NCBI GenBank assembly: GCA_964584495.1
Contig: CAZPAH010000004.1
Span: 1 to 55,375 of the forward strand
DNA length: 55,375 nucleotides
Direction: 5' to 3'
DNA from: an uncultured bacterium
GTDB taxonomy: Bacteria > Krumholzibacteriota > Krumholzibacteriia > Krumholzibacteriales > Krumholzibacteriaceae
The notes below the pieces were generated by a model. The model ran no database searches, had not been told where the DNA came from, and saw nothing but the letters and a program-made list of their open reading frames with translations. A program made the position numbers and the translations under genes. Of the stretch, positions 9,688-18,434 are shown piece after piece. Position 1 is the stretch's first letter. Each line of letters opens with the position of its first letter.

Positions 9688-10758
9688 CTATACGAAGTCC
9701 CCGTCACCGAAGGTGATGTGCCACCGCTTGCCGTCGGCGATTTCTCTACAGCCGAGGGAATCGTCGTTGATCCTGACGATATAAGGGAAGGGTCTCTTTG
9801 GCATAAGGAATCCCGCCCGTTTGAACGCCTTCAGGAAAGGCGAGCCTTTCGGCAGGAGACATGAGGCCAGTGTCATCTTCTCTTCCCCGAACCAGCTCAA
9901 GGAGGCCCGCAAAAGTGACGAAACAGCGGCACTATCGTCCGGGGAAGCGAGAAAATCGACGATTAGACCTATCTTGACGCCGTCCCTCTCCCTTTTTCCG
10001 CACACGCAGTAGCCGGCCGGCTCGTCTGACCTGTAAGCGAAGAACCTTTTGTACGAGTGGCGGGGATTTTCATCGTACCTCCACCGGAGATATTTAAAGT
10101 CGCGGATCACATGGTTGCCGATAAGGGGGGACACCTTTTCATACAGCCCGTCCACTGAAGGGGTAAAGACAGGCTCGCTTTTCACCTTTATCCCGCCGCC
10201 GGTTCCTCCCGGCCTGAAGACGAGATCGAAGATCGCTTGCAGAGGCCTTCCCAGCACCGCGGCCGGGACACGCCCGCCAGGCTTCGCGAGGAGAAATCCT
10301 TGCATGCTCACCGGCCGGATCCAGGTGGGAATTTCCTCTAGGACGAAGAAATCGAGATGCTTTATGAATCCATGGAACGAGTTATCGTTGGGAAAGCCGT
10401 AGACGATGCTGACCCCGCTCGAGCGGGTATCTTCGTAGACCTTCTTTGCGAGGGTGACGAATATCCCCTGTTTCCTGTATCCGGGATCGGTCATCGTGTC
10501 GAGCGACAGAGCGCCGTCGATCCGAGTGCCCGAGACATTCATCCTGACGGGGATCGTCGCGTACTGCCCGGCGAGAATGCCGTTATCGTCGGCGAGGTAG
10601 ATGTACCCGCCCCTCGATACGGCCTCGGCGAACTGCCACCGCCAGCCGTCCTGGTCGAAAGCCCTGTCATGGACATTCCGGTAGAGCTCCCCGATCCTGC
10701 CGTCGTCACCACTCTCGAACGGCCGTGGCCTCCAGCGATATTCTTTCTCTTCGCTCAT
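9688..10758 (-). CDS. GNAT family N-acetyltransferase (two-domain)
   Basis: 'DTMTDPGYRKQGIF..L' acetyl-CoA motif A; 'YGFPN..S..GF'; found with polysaccharide deacetylase. Confidence 0.8.
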   Translation of the reverse strand: MSEEKEYRWRPRPFESGDDGRIGELYRNVHDRAFDQDGWRWQFAEAVSRGGYIYLADDNGILAGQYATIPVRMNVSGTRIDGALSLDTMTDPGYRKQGIFVTLAKKVYEDTRSSGVSIVYGFPNDNSFHGFIKHLDFFVLEEIPTWIRPVSMQGFLLAKPGGRVPAAVLGRPLQAIFDLVFRPGGTGGGIKVKSEPVFTPSVDGLYEKVSPLIGNHVIRDFKYLRWRYDENPRHSYKRFFAYRSDEPAGYCVCGKRERDGVKIGLIVDFLASPDDSAAVSSLLRASLSWFGEEKMTLASCLLPKGSPFLKAFKRAGFLMPKRPFPYIVRINDDSLGCREIADGKRWHITFGDGDFV

Positions 10759-10812
10759 ACCGTGACCGCCCGGTTCCTTACCCGTCCCGGTGCCGCGGAA
10801 GCGGTTAGGATG

Positions 10813-11649
10813 TCACCGGATAAGCCGGAACCAGGCCATTCTCCCTTCTATTTTTCTTTTAAACGTAACGAAGCCGTCGCTCGCCTGCACCGCCAGCCTC
10901 GGTATCTCAAAAGGGTTCTGGAAATCGATCGCGCCGGGAGCCGCGGTGCAGGCGGACCGGTATCCGGCGCGGATAACCATCTCGACATGCCGTTCGTTGA
11001 AAAAGCCTCCCGGGTAGCAAAACGAGCCTATCTCGGTCCCCAGCTTTTCCTCGAGCCTCCACTTGGATTCGGATATCTCCATCCAGGCCTCCTCGTCCGG
11101 CATATCGACCAGCCGCCGGTGGTTCATCGTGTGGGAGCCGATTTCCATCCTCTCGGAGAGGAGCTCCTCGATCTGCCGCCAGGATAATCTCCTGTTAGAT
11201 TCGGGATCTCCCGTTTCCCTCGCATCGCGGTCGGCGAGGCGGCCTGTCTCTATGAAATTGAAAGGAACGTAGAAAATGGCGGTATACCCGTACTTCTTGA
11301 GAATCGGAAATGCGTTCGTGAAATTATCCTCGTATCCGTCATCGAAGGAGAAGATCACCCTGGGGTCCTCGTTCCCGGCGTAGCCTACTAGCGATTCGAG
11401 ATCCTCCAACCTCATGTTGCGGTATCCCGACTGCCTGAGGTGGGCCACCTGTCTCTCGAAGCCCGATGGGGATACCGACATATCGTTTTTTCGGAATCGA
11501 TTAACCCGGTGGTACATCAGGACGGTAATGGTACCTCCCTTCTTGCCCCGGGGAAGGAGACCGGAGATCAAAGCGGCGGCAGATTTCACCGGCCGCTTAA
11601 CCGCGATCCTGGCCCGCATCTCCAGCGCGTCTTTGAAGCTCATCGCCAT
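10813..11649 (-). CDS. polysaccharide deacetylase (CE4/NodB) family protein
   Basis: 'VLMYHRV', 'FSFDDGY', 'EIGSHT.NH', 'FCYPGG' motifs. Confidence 0.9.
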   Translation of the reverse strand: MAMSFKDALEMRARIAVKRPVKSAAALISGLLPRGKKGGTITVLMYHRVNRFRKNDMSVSPSGFERQVAHLRQSGYRNMRLEDLESLVGYAGNEDPRVIFSFDDGYEDNFTNAFPILKKYGYTAIFYVPFNFIETGRLADRDARETGDPESNRRLSWRQIEELLSERMEIGSHTMNHRRLVDMPDEEAWMEISESKWRLEEKLGTEIGSFCYPGGFFNERHVEMVIRAGYRSACTAAPGAIDFQNPFEIPRLAVQASDGFVTFKRKIEGRMAWFRLIR

Positions 11650-11760
11650 ATTCCCTAAAAGAGGTTTTCCAACAGGCCTTTTTCCCCCAACGTCAGGTCA
11701 TTATTGTAACAGTAAGGGATAAAGTCAAGCATTGGTGCGGACGGTTCTCGAGCTTTCTTC

Positions 11761-11810
11761 TTGACGGGGGGGCATTTCCGTCATAATATATAGATAGTCG
11801 ATATATAGAG
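11761..11810 (+). promoter_or_regulatory. putative padR promoter and operator
   Basis: TTGACG-N17-TAATAT; ATATATAGA repeated at 11786 and 11801, overlapping the -10/start region. Confidence 0.4.
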
Positions 11811-11839
11811 ATAAAACATATTAGCGGCAGATCGTCGGG

Positions 11840-12196
11840 ATGCGTCTCATGAAGAAGAACTCGATAGAGATCCAGAATCTCACCAGAAACTGCAACGAGG
11901 ATCTCATCCTGGCCGTTCTCCACGGCGGCGACAGGCACGGGTACCAGCTGGCCCTCGAGATCGAGGAGAGGAGCGGCGGATTCTTCAGGTTCAACCACGG
12001 AACCCTTTACCCGATCCTTCACAAGCTAGAGAAGGAGGGAAAGATAAGGGGTTCGTGGCGGAAAGAGGCTGGAAGCAGAAAACGCAGGCGGTATTCGCTT
12101 ACGGCGGCGGGAAAAAGATACGTCGATGAGGAATCCGCCGCCTGGCGAAGATTTTTTGATAACTTTTTCGAGATCATGGGAGATGTGGAGAAATGA
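11840..12196 (+). CDS. PadR family transcriptional regulator
   Basis: 'LILAVL...RHGYQLA..IE', 'GTLYPILHKLE..G.I', 'RRRYSLTAAG'; true start may be 11849. Confidence 0.92.
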   Translation: MRLMKKNSIEIQNLTRNCNEDLILAVLHGGDRHGYQLALEIEERSGGFFRFNHGTLYPILHKLEKEGKIRGSWRKEAGSRKRRRYSLTAAGKRYVDEESAAWRRFFDNFFEIMGDVEK

Positions 12197-12933
12197 AAAG
12201 GTTTGCACGGCACCTGAAGCGGATCGATGAGAGGCTCGACCTGCCTCAGCCGGAGAGATCGAGGATTATACTTGAGATCGCCTCGGATATGGAAGAAATG
12301 TTCCGGTTCTACGTCGCCCGGGGTTTGGACGAGGAAGAAGCGGCCAGAAAGTCGGGGGAGATGTTCGACCTGTCCGACGAGGCTCTCTCCCAGCTCGTAG
12401 ATATACACATCTCTCCTTTCAACAGGTTCTTCGATAAACTCTCTCAGCAGGCCCGGACGAGATGGGAAAAGACGATGCTAGCCGCGGTGGTACTTATAAT
12501 AGCGGCGCTTTCAGGCAGGGAGGGCCTTTCGTCCGGGTTTATCAGGCAGGCGGGCGCTTTCGTATGGCCGGTCATCGGGATATCCTTTTTGGCCTGCGTC
12601 ATGGCGCTGGTTTTTCTCTACAGGCTGTACCTCAGGAAGGCCCGTGATGCGAAGGGGCTGCGCTCCGGCCTGACGCCCTTCCTCATGCTTGGAGGCGCGT
12701 CCCTTGTGACCGGGTTCTTCGGCCTTGCCGTCGAGCTGTACAGGGCGGCCAGGGCGGTAACGGGAGTGGGCGACGGTGCGCTCGGTCTCGGAATCAGGTG
12801 GGCGCTGACCTGCTCGGCGATGATGATGACAAGCCTTCTCGCGGCGATTGGCTGCGGCTTGATCTGGTTTGTCCTCGCGGGTAGGGTTAGAAGTATCGAG
12901 ATGGCCGAGGCCGAATGGCTTCTCGAGGAATGA
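12193..12933 (+). CDS. membrane protein with N-terminal HAAS/permease-prefix-like domain
   Basis: Soluble N-terminus 'ILEIASDMEEM....ARGLDEEEA' then about 4 TMs; ATGA overlap with padR. Confidence 0.6.
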   Translation: MKRFARHLKRIDERLDLPQPERSRIILEIASDMEEMFRFYVARGLDEEEAARKSGEMFDLSDEALSQLVDIHISPFNRFFDKLSQQARTRWEKTMLAAVVLIIAALSGREGLSSGFIRQAGAFVWPVIGISFLACVMALVFLYRLYLRKARDAKGLRSGLTPFLMLGGASLVTGFFGLAVELYRAARAVTGVGDGALGLGIRWALTCSAMMMTSLLAAIGCGLIWFVLAGRVRSIEMAEAEWLLEE

Positions 12934-12992
12934 GAGATCGAGAGCCGCGAGAGTAGAATCAATAACGGGGAATTATTCCCGGGGAGGATAAA

Positions 12993-13388
12993 ATGGGATA
13001 CTTTTTCAAATCGATGGGGATATGGTTCGTGCCGATAATGCTCATGACATTGGTGACGTTCGTAATGGCGCTGATACAGTCGATCCGGCTTTTCTTTGAT
13101 GGGGCCCGGCCGGATAGGAGAGTGGAGGGTGGGATCCATGCCATTATTTTCTGGGGCGCCGTCTGCGCCGCCACCGGGATACTGGGCCAGCTTTCCGGTA
13201 TTTATAAGGCCCTCAATGTAGTGGCGCGCGCGGCTGAGATTTCCCCGCAGGTCTGCGCGATGGGACTGGCCGAGTCCTATACGACGACCATATTCGGACT
13301 GGTCGTCTTCATCCTATCGGGATTCACCTGGTACGGGCTGCTTGCAAGGTACCGGAAACTGGCGGCCTCCGCGAACCTGCAGGCCTGA
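12993..13388 (+). CDS. short MotA/TolQ/ExbB proton-channel-like membrane protein
   Basis: 3 TMs; 'GILGQLSGIYKAL' and 'GLAESYTTTIFG' resemble the MotA/ExbB helix pair; GGAGG SD. Confidence 0.6.
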   Translation: MGYFFKSMGIWFVPIMLMTLVTFVMALIQSIRLFFDGARPDRRVEGGIHAIIFWGAVCAATGILGQLSGIYKALNVVARAAEISPQVCAMGLAESYTTTIFGLVVFILSGFTWYGLLARYRKLAASANLQA

Positions 13389-13487
13389 AAAGCGGAAGCG
13401 GTCATCGCGCCGACGCGGCCGCTCCGTCCGCTGCGGACGGGTATACGGCGCGGATTCCGTCATGCCGGCATGCTGTAGGGATTCCCC

Positions 13488-14375
13488 TCATGCCCGCCTG
13501 CCCCGCTGCGAGAGGAGAATCCCCGCCAGCATCAACGCGCAGCCGACCATTCCACGGGGGGGGATCGTCTCGGAAAGCAGCAGCCGGCCCCCCAGGACGG
13601 CGAAAACGGTCTCGAAGCTGAGGATGATCGCCGAGTGACCCGGGGGCGCCTTCTTCTGGGCGATAATCTGCAGGGTATAGGCTATCCCGACCGATATGAG
13701 GCCCCCGTAGAGGATCGGGACGGATGCAGAGATGAGGCTGCCTATATCTATCCGTTCCACCGTGAATGCGACCACGAGGCTGAACATCGAGCATACCGCG
13801 AACTGGATGCAGGCCAGCAGCAGGGAATCGATACTCCTTGTGAACCGCCCTATCATGAGCACGTGCACCGCCCAGAAGAAGGTGCTGAGCAGAACGAGGA
13901 TATCACCTCGCATTATGCTGAATCCGCCCGTGAAACTGAGTAGGTAGAGGCCGGCAGCGGCGATCACCGCCCCGGCCCACGTTGTGCGCGGTGTTTTCTG
14001 GTGAACCACGAGCCCCAGGATCGGGACCAGTATGACATAGAGCCCCGTGATGAACCCCGCCTTCCCCGCCGTCGTGTAGACGATTCCGGCCTGCTGGAGG
14101 GAGGCGGCCAGGAAGAGAACCGTACCGGCGGCGAAACCTGCGATATATACGCTCAATCCTTTACTCCGGACCCTGGTATCCGGGTCGGCTGAAGTGCGTT
14201 TTCTGGATAGAAGGATGAACGGCAGCAGGGCGAGGCTTCCCAGCGCGAAACGGACGCCGTTGAATATGAAAGGTCCCACATCCTCCATGCCGACGCGCTG
14301 GGCCACGAAAGCGAATCCCCAGATCGCCGCCGCGAGAAGAAGCAGAAGCTCCGATTTCAGTATTCCCTTTTGCAC
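13488..14375 (-). CDS. DMT (EamA) family transporter
   Basis: 'AAIWGFAFVAQ', 'FNGVRF', 'KAGFITGLYV', 'Q..AQK..PP..AIILS.E.VF'. Confidence 0.93.
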   Translation of the reverse strand: MQKGILKSELLLLLAAAIWGFAFVAQRVGMEDVGPFIFNGVRFALGSLALLPFILLSRKRTSADPDTRVRSKGLSVYIAGFAAGTVLFLAASLQQAGIVYTTAGKAGFITGLYVILVPILGLVVHQKTPRTTWAGAVIAAAGLYLLSFTGGFSIMRGDILVLLSTFFWAVHVLMIGRFTRSIDSLLLACIQFAVCSMFSLVVAFTVERIDIGSLISASVPILYGGLISVGIAYTLQIIAQKKAPPGHSAIILSFETVFAVLGGRLLLSETIPPRGMVGCALMLAGILLSQRGRRA

Positions 14376-14617
14376 AATAAGTTCTCTCCGCCGGACTATC
14401 TAAAGCCCGTCGCCCGGCTTCGGGCCAGAGGAGCATAGAGGAGCCGGCCGATCAAGTCAAGCCGATGAAGCGGGATCCCAGCGAGTCGGGGCCGTTAAAA
14501 TACGGCCCGGACCGTAAAAAAGGTTTCGCCAAAGGCCCTTTAGTATTTACAATATCCCGGCGGGGTCTGTTGCGGCCCTGCATGACCTTTCGGTAACATT
14601 CACGGAGAGGGCTTGCG

Positions 14618-16831
14618 ATGAAACCGGTCTATCTAGATTATAACGCCACCACCCCGGTCGCGCCGGAGGTGGCGGCCGAAATGCGGCCCTACCTTGAAGA
14701 GCTTTTCGGAAATCCATCCAGTTACCACTGGTACGGGATTCAGACCAAGCAGGCGGTCGGCAAGGCGCGTTCTAGGCTGGCTTCCCTGCTAGGCTGCCTT
14801 CCCGAGGAGATCGTATTCACGAGCGGCGGCAGCGAATCGAACAACCTGGCGATAAAGGGAGCGGCTTTCGCGCGGCGGGCGGAGGGGGATCACATAATAA
14901 CTTCCAGCATCGAGCATCCCGCAGTCTCGGAGGTGTGCCGTTATCTCGAAGGTGTCGGTTTCAGGGTGACCTATCTGCCGGTCGACGGCACCGGGCTTGT
15001 CTCGGTGGAGGATTTCATCGATTCGATCACGCCGCAGACGATACTGGCTACCGTGATGCACGCGAACAACGAGGTCGGAACGATCCAGCCGATCGCCGAA
15101 CTGGCCGCGGCGGCCGGGAAGAGAGGGATCACATTTCATACCGACGCCGCGCAGTCGGTAGGAAAGATAGAGGTCAAGGTAGGCGTCCTCGGCGTCGATC
15201 TGCTCTCCGTGGCGGCGCACAAGTTTTACGGCCCCAAGGGCGTGGGGGCGCTTTATATACGGGCGGGGACAAAGATCGAGAAGCTCGTTCATGGAGCCGA
15301 TCATGAGAGAAACTTGAGGGCCGGAACGGAGAATATACTCGAGATTGTAGGACTCGGCATGGCCGCCGGCATAGCCGAAAGGGACCTCGTCAAGAACAGT
15401 GCGCATATGGAAAAGATGCGGGACAGGCTTCAGCTGGGGCTGACCGGCCAAATTCCCGACCTCAAGATCAATGGAAACACGGAAAAGCGGCTTCCCAACA
15501 CGTTGAGCGTCAGCTTCCCGGGCATAGAGGCAAACACGCTTCTCGACGAAATAGGGGAAGAAGTGGCGGCATCGGCCGGCGCGGCCTGTCATACCGATTC
15601 GATAGACATCTCGGCCGTGCTCGAAGCGATGAAGGTGCCGGTAGGGGTGGCGATGGGGACCGTGCGGTTCTCCACGGGAAGGATGACCACGGCGGGCGAG
15701 ATCGACCGCGCGATCGAGGTCATAGTCCCGGCGGTGCGGAGGCTGCGGCCCGAGGGAGGCGCGGCCGTCGGGGAAGGGACGCCGGAAGAGGAGGTCAAGC
15801 TTACGCATTTCACCCATGGGCTCGGCTGCGCCTGCAAGCTGCGTCCCCAGGACCTTGAGAAGGTTCTCGAGGGGTTACCCGTGGCGGTCGATCCAAACGT
15901 CCTCATAGGAAAGGACACTTGCGACGATGCGGCCGTGTACAGGCTGGACGATGAGAAGGCGATCGTCCAGACCGTCGATTTCTTCACCCCGATAGTCGAT
16001 GACCCGTTCAGTTTCGGAGCGATCGCGGCGGCCAATTCGTTGAGCGATATATACGCGATGGGGGCGAAGCCTCTATTCGGCCTCAATATCGTGGGATTCC
16101 CTCCCAAGAGGCTTCCAATGAGCGTTCTGCGAAGGATTCTCGATGGGGCGATGGCAAAGGCCGACGAGGCGGGGATCTCGATAATCGGCGGGCACACGAT
16201 AGAGGATACCGAGCCTAAGTACGGCCTCGTGGTGACCGGCATAGCGAAACCGGGCGAGATCCTTTCCAACTCGGGGGCCCGGCCCGGCGATTCGATTATA
16301 CTGACCAAACCGCTGGGCACCGGGATCATCGCCACCGCGATGAAAAGGGGGATCGCGCCAAGGGCCGTCGAAGAGGCGGCAGTCGCCGTCATGAGCGGGC
16401 TGAATCTCGGGGCGGCGGAAGCGATGAACGGTTTCAATGTCGATTCTTGCACCGATGTCACGGGCTTCGGTCTTATGGGCCACCTCAGGGAGATGACGAG
16501 GGGAAGTGGGGTCGACGCGGTAATATGGAACGGCCGTGTCCCGGTGATCGAGGGCGTGAAAGAGCTGGTGCTGGCCGGTTCGGTGCCGGGAGGAACGGTC
16601 AACAATATGGATTTCGTGGAGAAGGATACCGATTGGGACGCGGCGGTATCGAGAACCGACCGGGTGATCCTCTGCGACGCGCAGACCTCGGGGGGACTTC
16701 TTATAGCGCTGCCGGAATCAGAAGGGGTCAGGTTGCTGGACACCCTCCTCACCCGCGGCATTGGGGCCGCGATCATCGGAAGGTTCGAGAACGAGGGAAG
16801 CGGCAGGATAAAGGTTTTACAGGGAAAGTGA
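14618..16831 (+). CDS. selD: fusion: NifS/IscS-like PLP enzyme (cysteine desulfurase / Sec lyase) + selenide,water dikinase SelD
   Basis: N-half: YLDYNATTP, FTSGGSESNN, HTDAAQ, SVAAHK (PLP Lys), SAGAACH. C-half from about 15794: GLGCACKL, DDAAVY, QTVDFFTP, ANSLSDIYAMG, GGHT, DVTGFGL, DAQTSGGLL. Confidence 0.93.
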   Translation: MKPVYLDYNATTPVAPEVAAEMRPYLEELFGNPSSYHWYGIQTKQAVGKARSRLASLLGCLPEEIVFTSGGSESNNLAIKGAAFARRAEGDHIITSSIEHPAVSEVCRYLEGVGFRVTYLPVDGTGLVSVEDFIDSITPQTILATVMHANNEVGTIQPIAELAAAAGKRGITFHTDAAQSVGKIEVKVGVLGVDLLSVAAHKFYGPKGVGALYIRAGTKIEKLVHGADHERNLRAGTENILEIVGLGMAAGIAERDLVKNSAHMEKMRDRLQLGLTGQIPDLKINGNTEKRLPNTLSVSFPGIEANTLLDEIGEEVAASAGAACHTDSIDISAVLEAMKVPVGVAMGTVRFSTGRMTTAGEIDRAIEVIVPAVRRLRPEGGAAVGEGTPEEEVKLTHFTHGLGCACKLRPQDLEKVLEGLPVAVDPNVLIGKDTCDDAAVYRLDDEKAIVQTVDFFTPIVDDPFSFGAIAAANSLSDIYAMGAKPLFGLNIVGFPPKRLPMSVLRRILDGAMAKADEAGISIIGGHTIEDTEPKYGLVVTGIAKPGEILSNSGARPGDSIILTKPLGTGIIATAMKRGIAPRAVEEAAVAVMSGLNLGAAEAMNGFNVDSCTDVTGFGLMGHLREMTRGSGVDAVIWNGRVPVIEGVKELVLAGSVPGGTVNNMDFVEKDTDWDAAVSRTDRVILCDAQTSGGLLIALPESEGVRLLDTLLTRGIGAAIIGRFENEGSGRIKVLQGK

Positions 16832-16855
16832 TTTTCCGACCGCCGGGGAGCGCCG

Positions 16856-17827
16856 ATGAAGAAACTTGGGAAAAAGATTTTTATCGAGTATTTTTTTATA
16901 ACGTTGGGAGCGTTCGTCATGTCTGTCGGCGTCGCCGTTTTCCTTGTCGACGCGAAGGTGGTTCCGGGGGGCGTGACGGGGCTTTCGATGGCGATCCACT
17001 ATCTCTCCGGCGGCAGGCTGCCCGTGGGGATCATGATGTGGGTTTTAAATCTGCCCCTCTTCATCTGGGGCGTTATCGAGCTCGGAAAATCCTTCGGGTT
17101 CAGAACATTCTGGGGTTTTTCGGTCAATGCGTTCTGCATCGATTTTCTCCGGGGGGACATAGTCGGCTCGATACGGCTGCAGGACACAAAGACCGTAAGA
17201 TATCTACTGGAGAACGATTTCTTCTTTCTCATCCTTCTTGGGGCACTCTTTCTCGGGATCGGCCTCGGAATCATCTTCAAGTTCAAGGGAACTACGGCGG
17301 GAAGCGATATCGTCGCGGCGATCGCTAGAAAGAGATGGAGGGTAAAACCGGGCATTTCGATAATCGTCACCGATTTCTTCGTGATATGCCTTGCGGGGGT
17401 TGTAATACAGGTCAAGGGCTTGTCCCCCGAGAAGCCCGTGCTGCTCCTGATGCTTTATTCGTTTCTCCTCCTCGTCGTCTCCTCCCAATTGATAGATGTG
17501 GTGATATTCGGTTTCGACTACGCCAAATCGGCATGCATCATTTCGGACAGGCACGCCGAGATCGCCGACAGGATTGTCCACCTGATGGGACGGGGAGCTA
17601 CCGCCTTCCACGGGAAGGGTCTTTACAGCGGCGTCGAACGGGATATCATCTTCACCGTCGTTTCGAGGAGGGAGATCTACAGGCTGGTGGACATGGTCAA
17701 GGAGATCGATCCGGACGCTTTCGTGATCATCAACAGGGTACACGAGGTGCTCGGCGAGGGTTTCATGGCGAGGGGCGAGGTCGATCTCGACAGGCTGAAG
17801 TTTCCAAAAATCCGGCCCGAAGGCTGA
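16856..17827 (+). CDS. YitT family membrane protein (DUF2179 C-terminal)
   Basis: 'PGGVTGLS', 'GTTAGSDI', C-terminal 'RGATAFHGKG.YS', 'IDPDAFVII'. Confidence 0.9.
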   Translation: MKKLGKKIFIEYFFITLGAFVMSVGVAVFLVDAKVVPGGVTGLSMAIHYLSGGRLPVGIMMWVLNLPLFIWGVIELGKSFGFRTFWGFSVNAFCIDFLRGDIVGSIRLQDTKTVRYLLENDFFFLILLGALFLGIGLGIIFKFKGTTAGSDIVAAIARKRWRVKPGISIIVTDFFVICLAGVVIQVKGLSPEKPVLLLMLYSFLLLVVSSQLIDVVIFGFDYAKSACIISDRHAEIADRIVHLMGRGATAFHGKGLYSGVERDIIFTVVSRREIYRLVDMVKEIDPDAFVIINRVHEVLGEGFMARGEVDLDRLKFPKIRPEG

Positions 17828-17874
17828 CATCGCAGTTTATTGTCATAGCCATGAAACGGAGAATGGGGATACCG

Positions 17875-18357
17875 ATGAGCGGTTACCACATGAAACGCGT
17901 CGACAGAACGATCGGGGAGGCGAAGACCATCCGGGATATTCTTGCCCGGCGCAGGCTGGCGACGATCGCCCTATGCCGGGAAGGGGAGCCGTACATAGTA
18001 ACGATGAATTACGGTTATGACGAAGAGGGAAACGCGCTGTATTTTCACTGCGCCGCAGAGGGGCTCAAGCTCGATTTTATCGCAGCCAACCCGAGCGCTT
18101 GCGTTTCGATCGTCGAGGATCTCGGTTACGTGGAGGGAAAATGCGACCACAGGTACCGGTCCATCGTGATAAGGGGGAAGGCATCGCTCGTCGGGGAGCT
18201 CGAGGAAAAGAAGCGTGGAATCAACGTGCTCATGGAACACCAGGAAAGCGATCCGGACCCGGTGAGACAAAGGAACTTCCGGAGCGATGCCGATTACGGC
18301 GGCTTCGAGATAATCAGGATCGATATCGGCGAGGTTACGGGAAAAGAGAGTGTTTGA
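17875..18357 (+). CDS. pyridoxamine 5'-phosphate oxidase / NimA-like flavin-binding protein
   Basis: 'PYIVTMNYGY', 'LYFHCAAEGLKLD.I..NP', 'YRSIVIRG'; start approximate. The upstream part of the track ORF is a shadow of yitT. Confidence 0.85.
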   Translation: MSGYHMKRVDRTIGEAKTIRDILARRRLATIALCREGEPYIVTMNYGYDEEGNALYFHCAAEGLKLDFIAANPSACVSIVEDLGYVEGKCDHRYRSIVIRGKASLVGELEEKKRGINVLMEHQESDPDPVRQRNFRSDADYGGFEIIRIDIGEVTGKESV

Positions 18358-18434
18358 CGATGCCGGCGGGAATATGACGTGGTACGGTCGGGCCACCGGA
18401 TTCGGTAACGATAAAAACGGGAGGTAGATAACAG

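Noticed and set aside
13424-13440. Palindrome CCGTCCGC-T-GCGGACGG between convergent genes
   Set aside because: Single copy, no U tract, GC-rich background; at most a weak terminator or REP remnant.
15827-15838. Possible selenocysteine (TGA) in the SelD active site, or other selenoproteins in the window
   Set aside because: The codons are TGC (Cys). I saw no in-frame TGA read-through candidate or convincing SECIS in neighbouring genes.
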